Of a stretch of 40,858 bases of DNA, positions 9,417-15,935 are shown piece by piece. Origin of the DNA: an uncultured Syntrophomonadaceae bacterium (GTDB lineage: Bacteria > Bacillota > Dethiobacteria > DTU022); the NCBI GenBank assembly GCA_964592135.1, contig CAZQEV010000002.1, forward strand, positions 1-40,858, read 5' to 3'. A program made the translations under genes and the position numbers. Within the stretch, counting starts at the first letter, position 1, and each line of letters begins with the position of its first letter. The notes beneath the pieces were generated by a model, which saw only the letters and a list, made by a program, of their open reading frames with translations, was not told the origin of the DNA and ran no database searches.

Positions 9417-9544
9417 AGCGCTTCACCGCCAGGGTAGTGTTCATCCCGCCGAAACCAGAGGAGTTATGCAGACACTCTCCCAATACCGCTTCGTTTCGCT
9501 GTCGGTCTCTGCCGGAATTCGTTTTTACTGGAACCGGTGGAACT
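9404..9544 (-). pseudogene. fabF: C-terminal stub of 3-oxoacyl-ACP synthase II (fabF remnant)
   Basis: A 46-codon frame is bounded upstream by TAA and has no start codon. It reads ...NEAVLGECLHNSSGFGGMNTTLAVKRCVDG*, compared with the KAS II C-terminus NSFGFGGTNASLVFKR. Its stop overlaps the rnc GTG start. Only 179 nt lie between acpP and rnc, against about 1.2 kb for an intact fabF. Confidence 0.5.
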
Positions 9545-9595
9545 TATCATTCTCATACCGGCAACCGCACTCTGCGCAAATTCTCGCCCAGAGGC

Positions 9596-9823
9596 TCAGA
9601 TCTTCGATTCAATGTAGCTGATAATGTCGCCGATGGTCTTGATATTTTCGATCTCCTGGTCTGAAATCTCCAGATCGAACTCTTCCTCCAGCGCCATCAC
9701 CAGCTCTACGATATCGAGAGAGTCGGCATCGATCTCTTCGAAGGTGGTCTCTGCCGTGAGATTATTCAGGTCCACCTCAAGCTGTTCGGAGACGATTGCT
9801 TTAACCTTCGCTTCGACACTCAC
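9596..9823 (-). CDS. acpP: acyl carrier protein
   Basis: Phosphopantetheine attachment motif is IDADSLDIVELVMALEEEFD. The likely start is the GTG at 9823, 6 nt after GGAGGTG. The track start at 9832 lies inside that RBS. Confidence 0.9.
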   Translation of the reverse strand: MSVEAKVKAIVSEQLEVDLNNLTAETTFEEIDADSLDIVELVMALEEEFDLEISDQEIENIKTIGDIISYIESKI

Positions 9824-9854
9824 CCGAAACACCTCCTTCCCCGCTTATTAGTAT

Positions 9855-10213
9855 TTACATCACAATACCGCCGTCAACAGAGATCACCTGCCAGGTAATA
9901 TAGCTGCCGGCGACAGCCAGGAACAGAATTTTTTCGGCAACCTCTTTGCGTTTTCCGAAGCGGGCCAGATAATATTCTGCAAAACCTGCTGCAACAGGCC
10001 GCCCGTAGGATTTCCCAGGGAATAAGGTTCCCTGCTGCCGGAGCAGCGTTCTTCTGATCGCAGCCGGATTGTTTTAAAGCAGCCGCCAGGTTGGCACCCC
10101 CGTAATGGTGGAGGGGCAAGCTTCTGTACCGGGCGGAATTCAACGGGGCTCACCGGGAAGCTTTGAAAATGTGCGCTCCTCAGAAGCCCGGTCATAACAG
10201 TATTATATTTCAT
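9855..10213 (-). pseudogene. fabG: frameshifted, internally deleted 3-oxoacyl-ACP reductase (fabG remnant)
   Basis: Pieces lie in three minus frames. MKYNTVMTGLLRSA compares with KVALVTGASRGIG, and its ATG overlaps the plsX stop. YGGANLAAALKQSG compares with GQANYAASKAG. RPVAAGFAE and LARFGKRKEVAEKILFLAVAGSYITWQVISVDGGIVM* compare with APGFIET...RFGKPEEVANAVLFLASD.ASYITGQ..VDGGMVM. The remnant spans 359 nt against about 740 nt for an intact gene. Confidence 0.5.
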
Positions 10214-11246
10214 CACGCCTGGATTCCCCTTCTTTGACCGGCAGGGGGGCTTCGCGTAAAGCTTTCTCAAAAAGGGCTTCAAGGCCAGATTGAACAAAAG
10301 GATAAGCCTGGTTCAGGATAGCCCGCTCGATGGATTTTGCCTGCGAAGAGCCGTGACATTTTATGCAGAGACCCTTGACCCCCACAAGTGGAGCACCGCC
10401 ATACTCGGTGCTGTTAATCTGACCGCTCAGCTCGGATAGAGCCGGCCTCAGCAGAAAAGCTCCGGCTCGATTGCGAGATGTAAGCGTCAGCTCCTCTTTC
10501 AACCGGCCCATAATCCCCCGGGACAGCCCCTCTGTAATTTTCAGCAGGACATTTCCCACAAAACCGTCACAGACCACCACATCGGCGGCATTATAAAAAA
10601 TGTCCGTGCCTTCAATATTACCACAAAAATCGGAAACATATTCCTGAAAGAGAGGTAAAGCTTTTTTAACCTGGCTGTTACCCTTGTTCATCTCTGCGCC
10701 CACATTGAGCAGGGCAACCCGGGGTGAAGCGCATCCCAGCAGCTGCTGCGAGTAGATCCGGCCCATGAAGGCGTATTGGACCAGTTGCTCGGGCCGGGCG
10801 TCCATGTTCGCACCCACATCTATAACCACAAAGGGAGCACCGCTCAAACCGGGCATTACTGCAAGCAGGGCCGGCCGTCTTATCTGCGGCAGGCGGCCCA
10901 GAAAAAGAAGCGCCCCCGCCATCAGCGCGCCCGTATTGCCGGCGCTCAGGATGACGTCCGCCTCCCCTGCCCGCACCAGCTGCAGGGCAGTCACCATGGA
11001 TGAATTCCTTTTGCGGCGGATAGCCAGGCCCGGGTTATCGCTTCCATGGATAACCTCATCGGCATGGATCAGCTCCAGCCTCTCTGCCGGGTAAGTCATC
11101 CCGGCAAGGATGCCGGCGATCTGCTCCCGGCGCCCGACCAGAAAAATCTTCAAATCCGGCCTTGCCTGCAGGGCGGCCGCAGCTCCGAGGACAATTTCCT
11201 GCGGTGCATGATCACCGCCCATGGCGTCGACTGCCAGTCTGACCAA
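10203..11246 (-). CDS. plsX: phosphate acyltransferase PlsX
   Basis: N-terminus is RLAVDAMGGDHAP, followed by GNTGALMA. Length is as expected and the gene sits downstream of rpmF. TTG start. Confidence 0.95.
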   Translation of the reverse strand: MVRLAVDAMGGDHAPQEIVLGAAAALQARPDLKIFLVGRREQIAGILAGMTYPAERLELIHADEVIHGSDNPGLAIRRKRNSSMVTALQLVRAGEADVILSAGNTGALMAGALLFLGRLPQIRRPALLAVMPGLSGAPFVVIDVGANMDARPEQLVQYAFMGRIYSQQLLGCASPRVALLNVGAEMNKGNSQVKKALPLFQEYVSDFCGNIEGTDIFYNAADVVVCDGFVGNVLLKITEGLSRGIMGRLKEELTLTSRNRAGAFLLRPALSELSGQINSTEYGGAPLVGVKGLCIKCHGSSQAKSIERAILNQAYPFVQSGLEALFEKALREAPLPVKEGESRRDEI

Positions 11247-11284
11247 TCTGATAACCCCTTCCCCAGCGGCGACTGATAGAAATA

Positions 11285-11311
11285 CGCCCCTTCGACCATA
11301 TAAAAGGGGCG
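11285..11311 (-). terminator. hairpin (weak terminator or attenuator) between rpmF and plsX
   Basis: The minus-strand RNA folds as CGCCCCUU-11 nt loop-AAGGGGCG followed by UAUUUC. The U tract is weak, so read-through into plsX is likely. Confidence 0.35.
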
Positions 11312-11330
11312 CCTCACTCGATAAAATCCT

Positions 11331-11507
11331 TTATTCTACCTTGACGGCCTCGCGGTTTTTGTAGTAGCCACACTTCAAGCAAACCCGGTGGGCCGGCTTA
11401 AGCTCGTGGCACTGCGGGCAGGGAACCAAATGCGGCGCCTTCAATTTCCAGTGACTCCGCCTCTGATCCCGCCTGGCGCGAGAAGTTCTTCTTTTGGGAA
11501 CAGCCAT
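11331..11507 (-). CDS. rpmF: 50S ribosomal protein L32
   Basis: Not in the ORF track because it is 58 aa: MAVPKRRTSRARRDQRRSHWKLKAPHLVPCPQCHELKPAHRVCLKCGYYKNREAVKVE. It has the canonical L32 N-terminus and a CxxC...CxxC zinc ribbon. RBS is AAGGAGG. Confidence 0.9.
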   Translation of the reverse strand: MAVPKRRTSRARRDQRRSHWKLKAPHLVPCPQCHELKPAHRVCLKCGYYKNREAVKVE

Positions 11508-11528
11508 GAATCTGCCTCCTTAATAGTA

Positions 11529-12065
11529 TCAGGCCCCATCGCCCCGACGGAGCTCTTTCAGCTTCAGCAAACGGAGATCAATCTGGGCCTCATCCTCGCA
11601 GCTGCAGCTACCATTGTTCAGATCGGCGCCGCAGCTCGCACAAAGACCCCGGCAGTCCGGTTTGCAAAGCGGGTTGTAGACCTGGCAGAGGTAAAACAGC
11701 TGGCGAATATATTCATTGAGGTAAAGATAATCACCGCTCACTGTCAGATCATTCGCCGTCTTCAGAGCCAGCTCTTCAGGGGAGCTTTTCTTATCCAGCA
11801 GGGGCGTTGCTGTAAAAACCTCGTCGAAATTAGAATTTGTTTTCTGTCTAAAAGTCTGCAGACAGCGGCTGCAGTTTACCTCGATCTCCGCTTGAAAATC
11901 ACCCTTGACCATGATTTTATCGCCACTTCTGCTGAGGCGTAGATCAAGGATAAAGCTGCCTTCGTCGTCCGTTCCAGCATCAAAGTAGTCCTTGACATGG
12001 CCCTCAAAGTGGTATTGGGGCGCCCCGCCCCTGTCCTGTTTTATTTCGGGCAGATAAATCCTCAT
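11529..12065 (-). CDS. yceD: YceD/DUF177 family protein (23S rRNA accumulation protein)
   Basis: 178 aa with a C-terminal Cys cluster (CKPDCRGLCASCGADLNNGSCSC). Occupies the conserved position immediately upstream of rpmF. Confidence 0.85.
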   Translation of the reverse strand: MRIYLPEIKQDRGGAPQYHFEGHVKDYFDAGTDDEGSFILDLRLSRSGDKIMVKGDFQAEIEVNCSRCLQTFRQKTNSNFDEVFTATPLLDKKSSPEELALKTANDLTVSGDYLYLNEYIRQLFYLCQVYNPLCKPDCRGLCASCGADLNNGSCSCEDEAQIDLRLLKLKELRRGDGA

Positions 12066-12094
12066 TTTTTTCCATCCTTTGAAAAACTAAAACA

Positions 12095-12123
12095 ATTATA
12101 CTGACCTTCATTTTCTTTGTCAA
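12095..12123 (-). promoter_or_regulatory. sigma-A type promoter for yceD-rpmF(-plsX)
   Basis: The minus strand reads TTGACA-17 nt-TATAAT. Both hexamers are perfect consensus. It lies about 30 nt upstream of the yceD start. Confidence 0.6.
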
Positions 12124-12132
12124 CAAAACCGG

Positions 12133-12162
12133 GAGGTTTCCATCGATGAGGTTTCCATCGAT
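12133..12162. repeat. perfect 15-bp tandem duplication (GAGGTTTCCATCGAT x2)
   Basis: Read directly from the sequence. It is followed by TGTCTGCC x2 at 12166-12181. Confidence 0.9.
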
Positions 12163-12347
12163 GTTGTCTGCCTGTCTGCCTGTTATCTGCCCGCGCTAGT
12201 CGTCCCCATCCGGCTGCGCACTCCGTAAAGAAATATTTCTATTTGCTCAGGGCAGATCGGGGGTGCGCTGCGCAAACCCTTTCAGGCTCGTTATAACTGT
12301 AAAACAGAATGCCGCTGCAGAGAAGCGGAGGCACGCTGCATTTTCAC

Positions 12348-12761
12348 CTAGAAGGTGATGCTGTCAATGTCGCTGTCATGATCCGGCGAAGTATGAGAAA
12401 AGACAACCATGATCCGGTTTGGCAGGCAAACAATGCTTTCGTAGGAGAGGGCGATCCATCCCGTGTGGGAGCAGATACCCCGGGGACAGAGTTCCTGGGG
12501 CAGGGGGAGCATCCTGACCCGGCCGCCTTCGATCTCCAGAACCGCCTCATGCCGCCCTTGATCGTAGGGAAATGAATAGGTGAAATGATCAGCGGAGGCA
12601 AAGGATAGTTCCGCCACTGCTCTGTTGTCCACATAGATGGTCAGGTATTTCTGTGGCGAAGCGCTGCTGCGCTGAAGGTTCTGCCACAGGCCTGCGCATC
12701 CAGCCAGGAGCAGGACGGCGATTATAATATAATCGGCCGCTTTCAGCCGGAGTTTCTCCAT
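12348..12761 (-). CDS. NusG domain II-containing protein (DUF1312 family), membrane-anchored
   Basis: Start is placed at MEKLRLK, where GGAGGCGG lies 5 nt upstream. An N-terminal TM helix is followed by ...VLEIEGGRVRM...CPRGICSHTGWI...IVCLPNRI, typical of NusG_II proteins. The 44-codon upstream extension in the track is rejected. Confidence 0.7.
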   Translation of the reverse strand: MEKLRLKAADYIIIAVLLLAGCAGLWQNLQRSSASPQKYLTIYVDNRAVAELSFASADHFTYSFPYDQGRHEAVLEIEGGRVRMLPLPQELCPRGICSHTGWIALSYESIVCLPNRIMVVFSHTSPDHDSDIDSITF

Positions 12762-12854
12762 CGTTCCGCCTCCCGTAAGATTATAACACGAAAAAAGCGC
12801 CGGATCAGCAAGGCGGCCCACCCAACGGGCAGACCGCCTGCAAATCGCCAGCCG

Positions 12855-12892
12855 AAAAATAAATGCAACCGTGCATCTAGTGGTGGGTTGCA
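12855..12892 (-). terminator. rho-independent terminator after the CotF-like gene pair
   Basis: The minus-strand RNA folds as UGCAACC-15 nt loop-GGUUGCA followed by UUUAUUUUU. Confidence 0.6.
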
Positions 12893-12931
12893 ATTACTCC
12901 TGCAAATCAAGTTGAAGTCTCCGAAGCTCCC

Positions 12932-13159
12932 CTATCCTATTGTTTCCTTGTTCATCGGCACCTTGTACCAGCCCTGATCCTGCATATAGCGGAAAACTTT
13001 ATCCTGTGAGGCGAGGCACTGGTTCTGGTAATCAACAAAAGTCTGGCGAATACTCGGATCCTGCGCCTCCATAACGGCGTGCAAATAGCCGCCGGCGTTA
13101 AATTTGATACTGGAGAGAATATCACAGGCAATGTCTTTTTCGGTTAACTGCGTCACCAT
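12932..13159 (-). CDS. spore coat protein F-like (Coat_F domain) small protein
   Basis: The 75-aa pattern LTEKDIACDILSSIK...YLHAVMEAQDPSIRQTF...QDQGWYKV matches the CotF-like family. Confidence 0.7.
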   Translation of the reverse strand: MVTQLTEKDIACDILSSIKFNAGGYLHAVMEAQDPSIRQTFVDYQNQCLASQDKVFRYMQDQGWYKVPMNKETIG

Positions 13160-13174
13160 TCAAGAACAGCCTCC

Positions 13175-13405
13175 TTATGAAGTGATATACTGTGCACCGC
13201 CGGCTTCGCTCAATGTCGTTGAAAGCCATTGCACGCGCTGCCGGCATTGATTATTGAGCTCATTGATCAGGTTCCGCAGGCGCGGATCCTGGACCTGGGC
13301 GGAATAGGACTGCAGCTTTTTGCAGCACAGCGATTCCGCCTGATGTTGCGCAAACAGAGACATGAACTCCGCTTTGCCCACATTGCGCATGGTTGTTGCT
13401 TGCAT
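13175..13405 (-). CDS. small helical protein co-transcribed with the CotF-like gene (probable spore-coat-associated)
   Basis: 76 aa with RBS AAGGGAGG, ending 15 nt upstream of the CotF-like gene. It carries a similar DPRLRNLINEL helix motif. Function is unknown. Confidence 0.5.
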   Translation of the reverse strand: MQATTMRNVGKAEFMSLFAQHQAESLCCKKLQSYSAQVQDPRLRNLINELNNQCRQRVQWLSTTLSEAGGAQYITS

Positions 13406-13462
13406 CGAAGAACCTCCCTTGGTGTAATTTCAAACATTTTATTTTTCCCTGCTTGAAGGAAG

Positions 13463-15640
13463 CTATTCGCAATATGGTCGGGGGTCAAGGATGATGAGGG
13501 CGTCTGCAGCGACGGCGCCTTCTCCCTCGGGATAGAGAATGAGGGGGTTGATATCCAGTTCGGCGACATGATCCTCCAGCTCTACCGCCATCCTGGAAAG
13601 CCGCATTAGAATGGAAATGAGGGCCTGCCGGTCCCGGGGGGGCTCTCCCCGCACCCCGTCGAGGAGAGCCTTCCCCTGGATCTCTTCCAGCATCTCCCGG
13701 GCATCTTCCTCTCTTAAAGGAGCGGTCCGCAGCGCCACATCCTTGAGCAGCTCAACATAGATCCCGCCCAGGCCAAAGAGTATGGTGGGACCAAAAATAG
13801 GATCCTTTTTTAATCCCAAAATAATTTCCAGCCCCGGCGGAAGCATCTCCTGGACCAGGACCCCCTCCAGACGGGCAGCGGGATTGTAGCTCCGCGCCCT
13901 CTCCATGATCAGAACATAAGCTTCCTCTATAGAGCCCCCGTCTTTGAGATTCAAGATCACCCCGCCCGCCTCTGTCTTGTGGAGTATATCAGGCGATTCG
14001 ATCTTTAAAACAACGGGACAGCCCATCTCCCGGGCCGCCGCCGCAGCCTCCGGGGCGGAATGAACCAGGATCTCTCTGGTAACGGGGATTCCGTAAGCCT
14101 TGAGGATCTCCTTGGAGCGGGATTCGGTGAGGTTGTGGGTCTTGGAAAGCCCGATTGTTTCCAGTGCCTGCTCCCGTTCAGCACCGGGATGATCTGCCGG
14201 GAAAGAGCCCACATTTTCCGCTTTTTTAACCCAGTCCGCCAGAGCAGAAATGGCCCAGAGGCCGCTGGGGACATGTTCGATTACCGGCACGCCCGCCGTG
14301 ATCATCTTCTCCCTGGACTCAACGGCAAAATCCTGACCCGTGGGCCAGGTAAAAATCACCAGCGGCTTATCAACAGAGTAGTAGACGTCGATAATTTTCT
14401 GCGCCGCCTCGGCATCGGGCATCTGCAAATTGTAGAAAAATGCGCCGACATCGACAAGGGGATCTTCCATGACCGTGCGGATGGCCCGCTGGAAAAGGGC
14501 CTCGTCCACGAATATGGCCGAGGTCAGGTCCACGGGGTTGCCGACGGCCCCATAGGAGGGGAAAAATTCACGCAGGCGGTCTTGCGTCTTTTCGGTCAGC
14601 CGGACTACATCCAGGCCGAATTGCGGACATTTATCGGCCACCACGACCCCGCCGCCGCCGGAGATGGTGATCACACCGATGTTTTTCCCGCGGGGCAGGC
14701 GCCCGGTGGCATGCAGGGCGATGAGCGCATTCATCTGCTCCACATCATCGGCACGCACGGCTCCAAACTGTTTAAACACCCCATCGTAAACCCGGTCCTC
14801 GCCTACCAGGGCGCCGGTATGTGACGCCGCCGCCGTAGCGCCGACAGCGGTACGGCCTACTTTTTGAAAGGTCACCAGCTTGCGCCTCTGCAGCGCCCTG
14901 TGGCAGGCATCCATGAACAGGCGCCCGTCCCGCTGCAGACCTTCGATATAGCCTCCGATGATCCCTACTTCCTCCCTGCCGGCCAGGTAACTTAAAATTT
15001 CGGCAAACCCGATATCGGCTTCGTTGCCGGTGCTTACAAAATAGTTGAATCCCACGGAGTGCTGCAAAACCATCTGGTATATAATCGCGCCAAGGCCGCC
15101 GCTTTGGGTGATATAGGACAACTTTTCCGGGTAGTAGAGCCCCACAGGTTTTTCATGAAACATGAAACTGGGCACACTGCCGTTGTAAAGATTCAACACC
15201 CCCAGGCAATTGGGCCCCAAAATACGCATGCCCCTGTCCAGGGCCAGACGGCGCATCCCCTCCTGGACTTGCCTGCCGCTTTCATCGACTTCCGCAAATC
15301 CCGAAGTGAAGACAATGGCGGTCTTGACCCCGCCGGCGGCGCACTGCTGCAGCGCCTCCATGGTGATTGCCGCAGGCACCGCGATAATCGCCAGATCCAC
15401 CGGTCCGGGCACATCCATTATAGTAGGAAAGCACTTCCACCCGCCCAACTGGTCGTACTTGGGATTAATGGGATAGATCTCGCCTTCATAATCAAAAAGA
15501 GTTAACAGGGCCAGCGGAATGCCGCTCGGTTTGACAATGTTCCGGCTGGCTCCCACGATGGCAATAGAGGACGGGTAAAACAGGGGATTCAGCTCTTGCT
15601 GCAAGTGCCGATGCACATCCTGCATCAACGGAGCAGTCAT
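13463..15640 (-). CDS. ADP-forming acetyl-CoA synthetase / acetate--CoA ligase family protein (fused alpha and beta domains)
   Basis: 725 aa. An N-terminal CoA-binding Rossmann fold (SIAIVGASRN) and a succinyl-CoA-synthetase-like ligase domain are followed by a C-terminal ATP-grasp (YGIPV...VVLKI...HKTEAGGV). Confidence 0.85.
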   Translation of the reverse strand: MTAPLMQDVHRHLQQELNPLFYPSSIAIVGASRNIVKPSGIPLALLTLFDYEGEIYPINPKYDQLGGWKCFPTIMDVPGPVDLAIIAVPAAITMEALQQCAAGGVKTAIVFTSGFAEVDESGRQVQEGMRRLALDRGMRILGPNCLGVLNLYNGSVPSFMFHEKPVGLYYPEKLSYITQSGGLGAIIYQMVLQHSVGFNYFVSTGNEADIGFAEILSYLAGREEVGIIGGYIEGLQRDGRLFMDACHRALQRRKLVTFQKVGRTAVGATAAASHTGALVGEDRVYDGVFKQFGAVRADDVEQMNALIALHATGRLPRGKNIGVITISGGGGVVVADKCPQFGLDVVRLTEKTQDRLREFFPSYGAVGNPVDLTSAIFVDEALFQRAIRTVMEDPLVDVGAFFYNLQMPDAEAAQKIIDVYYSVDKPLVIFTWPTGQDFAVESREKMITAGVPVIEHVPSGLWAISALADWVKKAENVGSFPADHPGAEREQALETIGLSKTHNLTESRSKEILKAYGIPVTREILVHSAPEAAAAAREMGCPVVLKIESPDILHKTEAGGVILNLKDGGSIEEAYVLIMERARSYNPAARLEGVLVQEMLPPGLEIILGLKKDPIFGPTILFGLGGIYVELLKDVALRTAPLREEDAREMLEEIQGKALLDGVRGEPPRDRQALISILMRLSRMAVELEDHVAELDINPLILYPEGEGAVAADALIILDPRPYCE

Positions 15641-15786
15641 GCTATGACCTCCTTTATCATGAACCTAATAAAAATCGCATGATGATCAATATTATAAACA
15701 TTTTACCCGATCAGACCCCTTTTGGGTATCTTTTTTCAGTAAAACTGTCAATATAAAACGCAAACATCCATTAATTACCGAAATAA

Positions 15787-15816
15787 TTGATAAAATTGTT
15801 ATTAATTTAACATAAT
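15787..15816 (+). promoter_or_regulatory. candidate sigma-A promoter P1 (TTGATA-18-CATAAT) in an AT-rich divergent intergenic region
   Basis: Hexamers read directly from the sequence. Located about 120 nt upstream of the proposed PBP start. Confidence 0.35.
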
Positions 15817-15884
15817 ATAACATTCAGGGTGGGTGCTCTTAAATGTTAAATTCAGTTATAATTGTACTTGGAGCAAAATTATTG

Positions 15885-15893
15885 TGCTATAAT
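15885..15893 (+). promoter_or_regulatory. candidate extended -10 promoter P2 (TGCTATAAT) for the PBP gene
   Basis: A perfect TGnTATAAT lies 43 nt upstream of the GTG at 15936. No good -35 hexamer is present. Confidence 0.4.
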
Positions 15894-15935
15894 GTTCTTA
15901 TTATAGCGTCCCAGGTGAGAGGAGGCTTTCCAGAG

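Noticed and set aside
9874-10297. 137-aa and 89-aa minus-strand track ORFs between acpP and plsX taken as real genes
   Set aside because: The 137-aa ORF begins inside plsX in another frame. Both translations only make sense as frameshifted pieces of a decayed fabG, reported above as a pseudogene.
12133-12181. Possibility that the short tandem repeats here and at 40482-40521 are CRISPR arrays
   Set aside because: The repeats are only 7-15 bp and directly abutting, with no spacers. They show no repeat-spacer periodicity and there are no cas genes.
12762-12893. 44-codon N-terminal extension of the NusG_II-domain ORF
   Set aside because: The extension covers a terminator hairpin and a TGTTATAAT promoter-like element. 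A strong RBS precedes the internal MEKLRLK start.
14060-14824. 254-aa plus-strand ORF antisense to the acetyl-CoA synthetase gene
   Set aside because: Shadow ORF opposite a conserved CDS, with no motifs.
15843-15935. First 31 codons of the 1057-aa PBP ORF (MLNSVIIVLGAKLLCYNVLIIAS...)
   Set aside because: This AT-rich stretch contains the TGCTATAAT promoter element. A GAGAGGAGG RBS precedes the in-frame GTG at 15936.
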